Made by a program: the position numbers and the translations under genes. This document shows, piece after piece, positions 44,748 through 54,458 of a stretch of DNA of 64,000 nucleotides. The stretch spans positions 224,001 to 288,000 of the forward strand of contig CAWFKQ010000007.1 of the NCBI GenBank assembly GCA_963816395.1. The letters are read 5' to 3'. The first letter of the stretch is position 1. Each line of letters starts with the position of its first letter. Source of the DNA: an uncultured delta proteobacterium. GTDB taxonomy: Bacteria > Desulfobacterota > Desulfuromonadia > Desulfuromonadales > JACZKF01. The notes below the pieces were generated by a model that searched no databases, was not told the DNA's origin, and worked only from the letters and a program-made list of their open reading frames with translations.

Positions 44748-45267
44748 ATGGAAGATAACAAAATTTCGATTCCCAGGGACGAACTCTTCAAAAAACAGAA
44801 CTTCGATATCGACGATCTGCAGGACGAGATCCGGGTCGATGAGCTCTGCGGCCGTCTGCTGCGCTTCTTCTACCTGGACCTGATGGAAAGAGAGGCGATG
44901 TCCTCGGCCGAAGCGGGCGCTCTGGCGCATGGTGCGGACTATTTCCTGCGAGAATTCATCATCCCCGACCGTCGGGAGAATATCTTCGAGCTGCGCCCTG
45001 GTCGGGTCCGCCAGTTTGCCGGTACCTGGTACATCATCAGGAACATGGAACCGAACATGGCAGAGCTGACCGGCATTCTCAACGGCGTGGAGGCCTTCTA
45101 CCGCTACTGCTGGCGGCTCGGCAAGATCGCGTGACGAGACGGTCTGGGAAATCGAGCGGGATTGCCGGGATAAGGGCTATTACCAGCAACGGATCGATTC
45201 CTTCTGGGCCATCGAGGGAGACGGCTATTTCGCCTGGGAAGAAGAATGCTCCCTGAAGGGCGGGTAA
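44748..45267 (+). CDS. Hypothetical protein, frameshift near 45131
   Basis: MEDNKISIP...GKI continues in another frame as DETVWEIERDCRDKGYYQQRIDSFWAIEGDGYFAWEEECSLKGG*. Confidence 0.78.
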
Positions 45268-45271
45268 AGCC

Positions 45272-45347
45272 AGTGAGGTAGTGAGAGAGTGAGGTAGTAA
45301 CTTCACTATCTCACTAACTCACTCTCTCGCTATCCCTCTATCTCACT
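45272..45347. repeat. Inverted octamer arrays (AGTGAGRK / CTATCTCA)
   Basis: 3 units, short spacer, ~5 reverse-complement units; ends 11 nt before the CDF TTG start. Confidence 0.88.
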
Positions 45348-45358
45348 TTGGTCTTCTC

Positions 45359-46306
45359 TTGACGCGTAACCCTAAACTCACTGCTGCCCGCCTCTCCATT
45401 GCCACGGCCACCGGTCTGGCCCTGCTCAAACTGCTTACCGGGCTGGCCACCGGCTCACTGGCGGTACTCTCCTCGGCGGTCGATTCCCTGCTCGATATTC
45501 TGATGTCCGGAATCAATTTCCTGGCGATCCGCCAAGCCGAGCAGCCGGCCGACTCCAGCCATCCCTTCGGGCACGGCAAATACGAGACTCTGGCCACCCT
45601 CCTGCAGTCGCTGGTGATTGCCGCCTCCGGCAGCTGGATCATTTTCGAATCGATTCGCCGCCTCCTGCGGGGTGCGGAGGTGCAGCGCCTGGGGGAAGGC
45701 ATTGGCGTCCTGACGGTCAGTGCCGCCGTCTCCTGGTGGATCGGCCGTTATCTGCGCCGCACCGCCGAGCGCACCGAATCCTCCGCCCTAAGGGCCGATT
45801 CCCTGCACTTCTCCATGGATGTCTACAGCAACCTGGCCCTCGTGGCGGGGCTGATAGCTATGACCCTCACCGGCGCCACCTGGCTCGATCCGGTCCTTTC
45901 CCTGCTGGTGGCATCCTACATCATCTTCGAGGCCCTGCGGCTGGTGCGCCACGGTCTGCGCGATGCCCTCGACGAGCAGCTGCCGGAGTCAGTGCGCCAG
46001 GAGATCTCCCGCCTCATCGAGGCACACAAGGGCGATCTGCTCGGTTACCACAATCTGCGTACGCGGCGGGCCGGATCGCAGAAGATCATGGACTTCCACC
46101 TGACCGTCTGCAAACACCTGTCGGTGGAAGAGGCCCATGCCATCGCCGATCACCTGGAGAAACGCATCGAGGAGGATATCCGCGGCGCCGATGTCACTAT
46201 CCACGTCGAGCCCTGCCGGAGACCCGACTGCCCCGGTCGGGAACATTGCTCGGCCGATCGGGCGCGTCTCGGCCCGGACGAGGAAGAGCTGCAAGACCCT
46301 TCATAA
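45359..46306 (+). CDS. Cation diffusion facilitator transporter (FieF-like)
   Basis: DSLLD, HPFGHGK.E, LRADSLH..D, EEAHAIAD, IHVEP. Confidence 0.93.
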   Translation: MTRNPKLTAARLSIATATGLALLKLLTGLATGSLAVLSSAVDSLLDILMSGINFLAIRQAEQPADSSHPFGHGKYETLATLLQSLVIAASGSWIIFESIRRLLRGAEVQRLGEGIGVLTVSAAVSWWIGRYLRRTAERTESSALRADSLHFSMDVYSNLALVAGLIAMTLTGATWLDPVLSLLVASYIIFEALRLVRHGLRDALDEQLPESVRQEISRLIEAHKGDLLGYHNLRTRRAGSQKIMDFHLTVCKHLSVEEAHAIADHLEKRIEEDIRGADVTIHVEPCRRPDCPGREHCSADRARLGPDEEELQDPS

Positions 46307-46338
46307 AAAAGGGGAGCGCCTTCCGGCGCTCCCCTTTT
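46305..46338. terminator. Bidirectional intrinsic terminator
   Basis: AAAAAAGGGGAGCGCC-ttcc-GGCGCTCCCCTTTT between convergent genes. Confidence 0.9.
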
Positions 46339-46359
46339 CCCATCAGCAGGACTTCTTGC

Positions 46360-48357
46360 TCAGGCTCTGTTCTCGAGATTCTTGAGCCCTTCCAGCCGTT
46401 CGATGACTTCCTGGCTTCCCTTCTGCCGCTCTTCCATCTCGGCGAAAATCCGCCGGGCCATTTCGCTGACACCGGCGACGGCCTTTTCGATGTCGCGTGT
46501 ATTGTGCTTCTGCTTTTCCGCCGAGCGGACGAGCTCGACCGCCATCGCTTTAAGCTCCTCGACAGACTTGACGATACTGCGTGTCCCCTGCGCCTGCTCC
46601 CGCGAAGCCAGCGAGACATGCGAGGACATTTCTCCCAGCTCCTCGATAGAGACACTGACCGATTCGACGCTTGCGGAAACCTCCTGGGTCGCCTTGCGAA
46701 TGCTGTGCGCCATCTCCATGGCGAGCACGGCGCTATCCAGGATCTGCTGCAGGGATGCCGCCATCTTTTCGCCTAGACCAACCCCGTCCTGGACCAACTG
46801 CCGGGTGATGCCGATATGTTCGACCGTCTCCCGGGTATACACCTGGCTCTCTTCGATGATCTGGGTGATAGCACTGGTCGAGCGGGCCGCCTCCTGGGAG
46901 AGGTTGCGTACTTCCTCCGCCACCACGGCGAAGGAACGTCCGTGTTCCCCGGCCTGGGCGGCAATGATCGCCGCATTGAGCGCCAGCAGGTTGGTCTTCT
47001 GGGTGATCTCGTTGATTACCGTGGTGATGCTGCCGATCTCCTCTCCCTTTTCTGCCAGCCGGCCGATCGCCACCGTCGCCTTTTCTACCGCCCCGGAGAT
47101 CCCCTTCAGCCCCTCCAGAGCCCCTGTCACCGAGCCCACCCCGCTCTCCGCCTGCACCTTGACCTGCTCCGACATCGAATGGGAGCGGGCGGCGCTCTCC
47201 TGCACGCTGCCGATGGTCGTGGAGATTTCGGTCATGGCGGAGATCGACTTATCCATGAAATCGGTCAACTGATGCAGGTTCTGCGAGACCTGCTCGATGG
47301 ATACCGAGATTTCGCCGGTCGATGAGCGGGTTGCCTCGACCACTTCCCTGACCACGTCGGCCGCCCTGGCGACATCGAGAATCGACTCGCTGGTGGAGTG
47401 GGTCGCCTCCTTCAGGGAGAGGTCATGGCGGGCATGTTCCTCCCGAAACTTGAGAAGTTCCTGGAAAGTATGGCTCAGCTCTTTGGTCAGGGTCTCGACC
47501 GCCTCCAGCAGACCGATCTTCATTAAGGCAGAGCCCACCTGGTCGGAAAACAGCTTGACCGTATCGACGTCGGTATCGTCGAGCTTTTTCCGCTTGACCT
47601 TGTTGTCGACGGCGAACAGCCCGACCACCTCGTCACGGACGAGGATGGGAGTGAGAATAAAGCTGCGCGAACGCAACTGAACGATATTGTCGCAGGGCGG
47701 CTTCAGGTGGTATTCCTCCGGCATCCGGGCGATGTCCTCGACCAGGAGCACCTGCTTGGATAAAACAGTCTTGTAGATGGCGCCGCCACGGTCGTCCATG
47801 GGGACATAAATGCCCTCCACGTTGTCATCCCCCGACCCGCGGCTGGCGACGAAATCCCCGGAGGTGCGTTCGGGGTTGAGCATCATGATGTTGACCCGGT
47901 CGTACCCAAGAATGTCGTGCAGCGCGTCGGCAGCCAGGCTAAAGATCTCCCGAACATCGAAGGATTTCTGCAGGTGGGAGTTGATGGAGTGGAAATTCTT
48001 GAGATTTTTGTTGAGATCGCGGAATTTGAACTCGAATTCCTCTTTCTGCATGGCAACGGTGCGGTTGAGCTCATCGAGGCGGCGGGCACGGTCGTGCATT
48101 TCCTGCGCCCCCCGGCCGAGAATGAATCCGACAATGCCGAAAACCAGGGCGGTGCCGCCCCCCATGTAAAGATAAAGGGCGATGCTCTGGCCGGAAGCGG
48201 TGATGCCGCTTACGGTCTGCTGCCAGAGGCCCTGCCCTTCCTGCCAGAAGAAAACCAGCCGCAGCACCGTCCAGCCGATCGGCGCCAGCAAGCCCAGGAA
48301 AAACCCATACAGGCCATACCGCCAACTGTAACCTCCGGAGATTTCCACCGACTTCAT
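46360..48357 (-). CDS. Methyl-accepting chemotaxis protein with cytoplasmic GAF domain
   Basis: Two N-terminal TMs, GAF segment (VVGLFAVDNK), TNLLALNAAIIAAQAGEHGRSFAVVAEEVRNL. Confidence 0.93.
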   Translation of the reverse strand: MKSVEISGGYSWRYGLYGFFLGLLAPIGWTVLRLVFFWQEGQGLWQQTVSGITASGQSIALYLYMGGGTALVFGIVGFILGRGAQEMHDRARRLDELNRTVAMQKEEFEFKFRDLNKNLKNFHSINSHLQKSFDVREIFSLAADALHDILGYDRVNIMMLNPERTSGDFVASRGSGDDNVEGIYVPMDDRGGAIYKTVLSKQVLLVEDIARMPEEYHLKPPCDNIVQLRSRSFILTPILVRDEVVGLFAVDNKVKRKKLDDTDVDTVKLFSDQVGSALMKIGLLEAVETLTKELSHTFQELLKFREEHARHDLSLKEATHSTSESILDVARAADVVREVVEATRSSTGEISVSIEQVSQNLHQLTDFMDKSISAMTEISTTIGSVQESAARSHSMSEQVKVQAESGVGSVTGALEGLKGISGAVEKATVAIGRLAEKGEEIGSITTVINEITQKTNLLALNAAIIAAQAGEHGRSFAVVAEEVRNLSQEAARSTSAITQIIEESQVYTRETVEHIGITRQLVQDGVGLGEKMAASLQQILDSAVLAMEMAHSIRKATQEVSASVESVSVSIEELGEMSSHVSLASREQAQGTRSIVKSVEELKAMAVELVRSAEKQKHNTRDIEKAVAGVSEMARRIFAEMEERQKGSQEVIERLEGLKNLENRA

Positions 48358-48502
48358 CGTCCCTGGCCCCCTTGCCCGCAGTCAGAAAAAGAAACACCGG
48401 GCCTGCCGCCCCGTGCTGAACCGTGATTTCAAAGTGTTTCCGGCCGGAAACAAGACTAGCTGTCAGTTCCTGAATCGGTCAAGAGAAATCAACGTAAGTA
48501 TC

Positions 48503-48614
48503 AGGCAGGAGGCAAGGGCTGGAGGTAAAATCAAGGGCCAAGCGGTCCCCACCCGAACGTCGACAGCTCTTCTAGCTTTTTCCTCTGGCCTCTAGCCGCG
48601 TGCCCCTAGCCTCT
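48503..48614. repeat. Inverted heptamer arms (AGGCWRG..AGGTAAA / CCTCTAG)
   Basis: Left AGGCAGG AGGCAAG GGCTGG AGGTAAA; right CCTCTGG CCTCTAG CCGCGTG CCCCTAG CCTCT. Confidence 0.7.
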
Positions 48615-48615
48615 T

Positions 48616-49584
48616 TTATTCCCTCTCGTCCAGCCTGCCCAAGGCCAGACTGGCCGCACCCAGGATCCCGGCATCGTCGCCCAGGCGGCCGCGGGCGATT
48701 TTCAGCCGGCCGGCGGGAACGCCGAAAGCCCGGCGGGCAATCTCGTTTTCCAGGGCCGGGCGCATCAGGTCCAGGCTTTCGCTGGCCCCGCCGGTGATCA
48801 CCACGCCATCCAGGTTGAGCAGGTTGGCGGCCACCCCGGCGAGCACCTGCCCCAGGCGACGGCCGGCTTCCGCGAAGGCGGCCTGGGCCACCGGGTCGCC
48901 GCGCCGGGCGGCCAGGGCGATATTGTGACTGGTCAGGTCCTCCTCAGGCAAGGTCGCCAAAGCGCTCTGCGCACCGGCCGCCAACTGTTCCCGCACCGTC
49001 CGCACCACCCCGGAAGCCGAGGCGTACTGCTCCATGCAGCCGTGACTGCCACAACCGCAGACCCTGCCTTCCGGCTCGACCGTGATGTGCCCCACCTCGC
49101 CGGCGGCGCCGTCGCAGCCTTCCCATAATCGACGCCCCAGAACCAGGCCGCCGCCGACGCCGGTTCCCAGGGTGACGGTCAGGAAAGAGGCGAACTCCCG
49201 ACCGGCGCCGAACAATGCCTCCCCCCAGGCGATGGCGTTGGCGTCGTTGACAATGGTCACCGGCAGATGCAATGCCGCCTGCAGTTGCTGCGCCAGCTGC
49301 AGGCCGTTAAGGGGAAGAAGGTTGGGGGAAAAAGTCACCGTGCCGTCGGTGGCGATCACCCCCGGCGTTCCCATGCCGACCGCCCGCACCCGCAGACCCT
49401 TTTCCTGCCCTGCGCGGAGGAAGTCGTGGCAAAAGGCGAGCAGGCGGGCGAGGAACTCTTCCCTCCCCTCCTCGATGCGGGTCGGCATGCGGCCGACCTC
49501 GCCAATTTCACCAGCCGCTGAAACCAGGGCGCCCCGGCAGTTGGTGCCCCCCAGGTCGATGCCGATAATCGCCTCGGCGGTCAT
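48616..49584 (-). CDS. ROK family kinase (glucokinase-like)
   Basis: GIDLGGT, NDANA, GTGVGGG, GEVGH, CGCG..GC.E. Confidence 0.93.
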   Translation of the reverse strand: MTAEAIIGIDLGGTNCRGALVSAAGEIGEVGRMPTRIEEGREEFLARLLAFCHDFLRAGQEKGLRVRAVGMGTPGVIATDGTVTFSPNLLPLNGLQLAQQLQAALHLPVTIVNDANAIAWGEALFGAGREFASFLTVTLGTGVGGGLVLGRRLWEGCDGAAGEVGHITVEPEGRVCGCGSHGCMEQYASASGVVRTVREQLAAGAQSALATLPEEDLTSHNIALAARRGDPVAQAAFAEAGRRLGQVLAGVAANLLNLDGVVITGGASESLDLMRPALENEIARRAFGVPAGRLKIARGRLGDDAGILGAASLALGRLDERE

Positions 49585-49991
49585 TTTCCGCTCCGTTCCT
49601 CCGTGGCGATGGCCAGTTTCCCAAACCCGGTCTCGCGCGCCAGGTCCATCAATTGCACGACCCGGCCGTGCCGCGTGTTGCGATCCGCCAGCAGCAGGAA
49701 AGTCATGCCGGCGGCCTTTTGCCCATATCCGGCCAGTCTCTTGCGCGCCTCTTCCAGCGTCAGGTGCTGTTCACCAAGATAGATCTCCCCGGCCTCTGAC
49801 AGATAGATCTTTACTTCCTGCGGCTCCCTTTCCACCGCCTGGGCGGAAGACTCCGGCAACTTCACGGAAATTCCCGGAGTTTGCACGAAAGTCGTTGAAA
49901 TCATGAAGAAAATAAGCAACAAAAAGACGACGTCCACCATTGGAGTGAGCTCAATGCGGGGATCCTCCCGTCGTTTGCGTAGAAACGGCAT
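49581..49991 (-). CDS. exbD: Biopolymer transporter ExbD/TolR
   Basis: LTPMVDVVFLLLIFFMI, AD....G.VV..MD. Confidence 0.9.
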   Translation of the reverse strand: MPFLRKRREDPRIELTPMVDVVFLLLIFFMISTTFVQTPGISVKLPESSAQAVEREPQEVKIYLSEAGEIYLGEQHLTLEEARKRLAGYGQKAAGMTFLLLADRNTRHGRVVQLMDLARETGFGKLAIATEERSGK

Positions 49992-49994
49992 GGC

Positions 49995-50594
49995 TCAGCC
50001 CCCCAGCAGGTCGACGACATGCAGCGAATGCTCTTCCATCACCAGGACGATGCGCTCCACTCGACTGCTCAGATACTTGTGCAGCAGGAGAGTCGGGATG
50101 GCGACGGAAAGGCCGGCGGCGGTAGTAATCAGCGCCTGGGAAATGCCGCCGCCGAGGGTGGCCGGGGTGCCCACCCCCTGGATGGCGATGACCCGAAAGG
50201 CCTCGATCATCCCCACCACCGTGCCGAGCAGGCCGAGCAGCGGCGAAAGGTTGGCAATGGTTCCCAGCAGGCCGAGATAACGTTCGAGCGGAGCCGCCTC
50301 GCGCCGCCCCACCTCTTCCACAACGGCTTTGATGTGCTCCCGCGGGCGACCGCCGGCACGCAGGGCGGCAATGAAGATGCGGGCGAGGGGCGTGCCGGCC
50401 CGCTGACAGACAATCATAGCCTCATCGGGCCGGTCCTTGTGCACCAGGTCTTCCACCTCCCGCACCAGCGCTTCGGTTCCCCGGCGCACCCGGGCGAAGG
50501 TCCACATCCGCTCCAGGAAGATGCCGAGGGCAAGCACCGAACAGAGAAGGATGGGGTACATCAGTGGTCCGCCCTTCTGGAAAATCTCAAGCAT
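49995..50594 (-). CDS. exbB: MotA/TolQ/ExbB proton channel
   Basis: PLLGLLGTVVGMI, GISQALITTAAGL.VAIP. Confidence 0.9.
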   Translation of the reverse strand: MLEIFQKGGPLMYPILLCSVLALGIFLERMWTFARVRRGTEALVREVEDLVHKDRPDEAMIVCQRAGTPLARIFIAALRAGGRPREHIKAVVEEVGRREAAPLERYLGLLGTIANLSPLLGLLGTVVGMIEAFRVIAIQGVGTPATLGGGISQALITTAAGLSVAIPTLLLHKYLSSRVERIVLVMEEHSLHVVDLLGG

Positions 50595-50619
50595 GAACGA
50601 ACTATCCTTTCAAAAAAGA

Positions 50620-50922
50620 CTAGGGGGCTTCTTTTCTGTCGCTGGCCCCTGGCTTCCCGCTGGCCGCATCCCCGGACTTGCGGCTGGCCGCATCCTTCTG
50701 CAGGAGATGCAGCTGCCGGCGCAGCTGGGAACCGCGGATGGTGCTCAGCAGCGCCGCGGCCAGAAAACCGAGGAGGAAACTGAAGAGGATGAACAGGAAC
50801 AGGGGCAGGTCGCCGCTCTGGAAACCGACAAACCGGATCTGCACCGGCTGACTGTTGTACGCACTGAAAATGAACAGGACCACGAGAATGGCGATGGCCA
50901 AGGACAATTTCAAGGTTCTCAC
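50620..50922 (-). CDS. LapA-family small membrane protein
   Basis: F..N.QPV, PLFL..L.SF.LG two-TM pattern. Confidence 0.75.
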   Translation of the reverse strand: MRTLKLSLAIAILVVLFIFSAYNSQPVQIRFVGFQSGDLPLFLFILFSFLLGFLAAALLSTIRGSQLRRQLHLLQKDAASRKSGDAASGKPGASDRKEAP

Positions 50923-51416
50923 GGGCGCCTCCCGGAAAAAGCCTGAGACAGGATTTCATAGGTCTCCTCCAGATGCTGGGGGATAACCCGGACATCGGTG
51001 AAGACCGGCATGAAATTGGTGTCTCCGCTCCAGCGGGGAACGATGTGCAGGTGCAGGTGATCGGCGATCCCCGCACCGGCGATCTGTCCCAGGTTCATAC
51101 CGATATTGAAACCCTGGGGTCCAGACGTCTCCAGCAGCACTTCGCGCGCGGCAACCAGCAGACGATGCATTTCCATCACCTCATCCGCCGACAACTGCCC
51201 CGGATCCGCGGTATGCCGGTAGGGAGCAATCATCAGGTGGCCATTGGTGTAGGGGTACTTGTTCATAATGAGAAAAGCCGTCTGGCCGCGCCGGAGAACC
51301 AGCCGCTGGCGATCCTCCTCCTGCCCCGGCGGCAGGCAAAAAACACAGCCGGCCTCCGGCGCTTCCGATTCCCCGCGGATATAGCTCATCCGCCACGGGG
51401 CCCAAAGCTGTTTCAT
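50919..51416 (-). CDS. HIT-family nucleotide hydrolase/phosphorylase
   Basis: LWAPWR..YI, CVFC, NKYPY..GH, HLHLHIVPRW.GD.NF. Confidence 0.94.
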   Translation of the reverse strand: MKQLWAPWRMSYIRGESEAPEAGCVFCLPPGQEEDRQRLVLRRGQTAFLIMNKYPYTNGHLMIAPYRHTADPGQLSADEVMEMHRLLVAAREVLLETSGPQGFNIGMNLGQIAGAGIADHLHLHIVPRWSGDTNFMPVFTDVRVIPQHLEETYEILSQAFSGRRP

Positions 51417-51823
51417 CGTGATAGTCTCCTCTTTGTCCTTCGCAACACCCGAGCCATGGAAAGAAATAGATTCTGTTCCGCTCCCTTGATGGCCAGCAAA
51501 AGGGGAGTGGAGCTTTTCTGAACAGATGCCAGATCTGAACCTCGGCAATTATAGGGGAATCCCGCTGCAGGTAAAACCTTAAATTTTTTATCCTCCTGGT
51601 GGCGGGGTGTCAATCCCCGGGAGGCTGGTTCGCATGGCCGAAATCCGCCGGCAGGCAGGCCGGTTCCCGCCGCTGCCGGCAGTCGGGCACTCGCTTGGAA
51701 GCCTCCTTGAACCTGCTTTAAATAAGGATTACCTTGGATAGAAATGTGTTCAGAAGGTTGCGGCAGATTTTTTGCAAACGATTCAAAATAGGGTTTGATT
51801 GAACCGGAGCGCATGGAATCTTC

Positions 51824-51873
51824 TTGACAGAAGAACTCCCTCCCTATATTTTTCACTTTACTTAAAGTAAAAA
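51824..51873 (+). promoter_or_regulatory. maeB promoter with adjacent inverted repeat
   Basis: TTGACA-17 bp-TATTTT, then TTTTCACTTT-actt-AAAGTAAAAA. Confidence 0.5.
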
Positions 51874-51976
51874 TATTCAGCTATATTTAAAAACAAACGC
51901 CGTATCACATTTATCAAATGATCCCACAAATGACATATCGACGCCAGAAAAACCATCCATAGGGAGGATAAACCAG

Positions 51977-54238
51977 ATGTCCAAACGACAGGACGCCCTG
52001 GACTACCACAGTTCAGGCCGTAAGGGAAAAATCGAAGTCATCACCACCAAACCGTGCGCCACGAGCCGCGACCTCTCCCTCGCCTACAGTCCCGGTGTTG
52101 CCGAACCCTGCCTGGAAATCGAGAAAAACCCCAACGACGCCTATAAATATACCGCCAAAGGGAACCTGGTCGCCGTCATCTCCAATGGCACGGCCGTGCT
52201 CGGCCTGGGGGACATCGGCGCTCTGGCCGGCAAGCCGGTCATGGAAGGCAAAGGGGTTCTGTTCAAGCGCTTTGCCGACGTCGACGTTTTCGACATTGAA
52301 CTCGACACCAAGGATTCGGATGAAATCATCCGCACCGTCAAACTGCTTGAGCCGACCTTCGGCGGCATCAACCTGGAGGATATCAAGGGGCCCGAATGCT
52401 TCTACATCGAAGAGAAGCTCAAGGGGATGATGAACATCCCGGTCTTCCACGACGATCAGCATGGGACGGCCATCATCGCCAACGCCGGCCTGATCAATGC
52501 CCTGGAGATCGTCGGCAAGAAGATCGGGGACGTCAGGATCGTCGTCAACGGCGCCGGGGCGGCGGGCATCGCCTGCGCCAACATGGCCCTGACTCTCGGC
52601 GCCGACCCGAAGAAGATGTACCTGTGCGACACCAAAGGGGTGATCTACAAGGGGCGCACCAGCGGCATGAACGAATACAAGGAGCGCCTGGCCAATGAGA
52701 CCAGGTATCGCACCCTGGAAGAAGTGATGGCCGGCGCCGATGTTTTCTTCGGCGTCTCGGCCAAGGGGGCCGTCACCCGGGAGATGGTCGCCTCGATGGC
52801 CAAGGACCCGGTCATCTTCGCCATGGCCAATCCCGACCCGGAGATCACCCCCGATGAGGCCAAGGCGGTGCGCGAGGACGTGATCATCGGCACCGGCCGC
52901 AGCGATTACAACAATCAGGTCAACAACGTGCTGTGCTTCCCTTTCCTCTTCCGCGGCGCCCTCGATACCCATGCCACGGCGATCAACGACGAAATGAAAA
53001 TGGCGGCCTGCCTGGCCCTGGCCAACCTGGCTAAACAGGACGTGCCGGACTCGGTGCGCCGGGCCTACGGCAATACCGCCATCAGCTTCGGTCGCGAGTA
53101 TCTGCTCCCCAAACCTTTCGATCCCCGGGTGCTGCTGAACGTCGCCCCGGCGGTAGCCAAAGCGGCAATGGACAGCGGCGTCGCCCGTCGCCCGATAGAG
53201 AGCATGGAGAAGTACTGCGAATCCCTGGAGGCGCTGCAGGGACGTTCGAAGGAAATCATGCGCGGCCTGATCAACAAGGCCAAGGCTTCACCCAAGCGGG
53301 TGGTTTTCCCGGAGGGTGAGGAGGACAAGATCCTGCGGGCGGCGCAGATCCTTATCGACGAAGGGATCGCCGTGCCCATCCTGCTCGGTGAGGAAGAAGA
53401 GATCCGGGCGAAGATCAAGGCCCTCGGCCTTGACCTGGGCAACGTGCAGATCATTGATCCCGCACAAAGCCCGAAAGTGGCCGCCTATGAGGAAGAATTC
53501 TTCAAGATGCGGCAGCGCAAAGGGGTGACCCTGGCCGAAGCGCGCCGGCTGATCCGGAAAAATCGCAACTATTACGGAGCGATGATGGTCCAGGACGGAG
53601 ACGCCGATTCGTTGCTCTCCGGCCTCAGCCACCATTACCCGGACACCATCCGCCCGGCCCTGGAAATCATCGGCAAGCAGGAAGGGCTCTCCAAGGTGCA
53701 TGGCCTCTATATGATGGTGTTCAAGAAAAACGTGGTGTTCTGCGCCGACACGACGGTGACCATCGAACCGACCGCCGAGGAACTGGCTGAAACCGCCATC
53801 CTCACCGCCCAGAAGGTCAGCCACTTCGATGTCGAGCCGCGTATCGCCATGCTCTCTTTCTCCAACTATGGCAGCGCCGAGCACCCCCTGACCATCAAGG
53901 TCAAGCGGGCGACGGCGCTGGTGAAGCAATGGGCTCCCGACCTGATCGTGGATGGCGAGGTCCAGGCCAATGTCGCCCTCGATCCGGAACTCTCCGCCCG
54001 CCAATATCCCTTCTCCAGCCTGAAAGGGAATGCCAACGTGCTGATCTTCCCCGATCTGCAGTCCGGCAACATCTCCTACAAGCTGCTCAACAAGCTGGGC
54101 GGGGCCGAAGCGGTCGGACCGATCCTGATGGGGATGAAAAAACCGGTGCATGTACTGCAGCGCGGCGACGACGTCACCGACATCGTCAATATGGCGGCCG
54201 TGGCGGTCGTCGATGCCCAGGTGGCGGAAGGCAAATAA
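51977..54238 (+). CDS. maeB: NADP-dependent malic enzyme with PTA-like C-terminal domain
   Basis: [40 protein letters not shown]. Confidence 0.97.
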   Translation: MSKRQDALDYHSSGRKGKIEVITTKPCATSRDLSLAYSPGVAEPCLEIEKNPNDAYKYTAKGNLVAVISNGTAVLGLGDIGALAGKPVMEGKGVLFKRFADVDVFDIELDTKDSDEIIRTVKLLEPTFGGINLEDIKGPECFYIEEKLKGMMNIPVFHDDQHGTAIIANAGLINALEIVGKKIGDVRIVVNGAGAAGIACANMALTLGADPKKMYLCDTKGVIYKGRTSGMNEYKERLANETRYRTLEEVMAGADVFFGVSAKGAVTREMVASMAKDPVIFAMANPDPEITPDEAKAVREDVIIGTGRSDYNNQVNNVLCFPFLFRGALDTHATAINDEMKMAACLALANLAKQDVPDSVRRAYGNTAISFGREYLLPKPFDPRVLLNVAPAVAKAAMDSGVARRPIESMEKYCESLEALQGRSKEIMRGLINKAKASPKRVVFPEGEEDKILRAAQILIDEGIAVPILLGEEEEIRAKIKALGLDLGNVQIIDPAQSPKVAAYEEEFFKMRQRKGVTLAEARRLIRKNRNYYGAMMVQDGDADSLLSGLSHHYPDTIRPALEIIGKQEGLSKVHGLYMMVFKKNVVFCADTTVTIEPTAEELAETAILTAQKVSHFDVEPRIAMLSFSNYGSAEHPLTIKVKRATALVKQWAPDLIVDGEVQANVALDPELSARQYPFSSLKGNANVLIFPDLQSGNISYKLLNKLGGAEAVGPILMGMKKPVHVLQRGDDVTDIVNMAAVAVVDAQVAEGK

Positions 54239-54249
54239 GTCTGAAACCC

Positions 54250-54449
54250 AGGCAAGAGACAAGAGGCTAGCGGCTAGAGGTAAAACCGCATAAGGGGAGC
54301 GCTCCGGCGCTCCCCCGTTCTTTTTCCACTTTCCCTTCCCATGAGAAAACAATCCTGATAAACTTCGCGCAAAAATTAGGGCTCCTGGCCGTGGTTAGAG
54401 GAGTATTGTTCGGCCTTTACCTCTAGCCTCTTGCCTCTAGCCTCTTGCC
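54250..54449. repeat. Inverted heptamer arms flanking the maeB terminator and thrC upstream region
   Basis: 54250-54285 AGGCAAG AGACAAG AGGCTAG CGGCTAG AGGTAAA; 54416-54449 TTTACCT CTAGCCT CTTGCCT CTAGCCT CTTGCC. Confidence 0.88.
54293..54325 (+). terminator. Intrinsic terminator after maeB
   Basis: GGGGAGCGC-tccg-GCGCTCCCC then GTTCTTTTT; nearly the same stem as the 46305 terminator. Confidence 0.8.
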
Positions 54450-54458
54450 GAGGATTTT

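Noticed and set aside
45125..45140. TGA as selenocysteine read-through in the 44748 gene (also considered after CGCGC at 14192)
   Set aside because: The coding continuation is in a different frame; at 14192 read-through would run into the convergent cytochrome gene, and no SECIS-like evidence was seen
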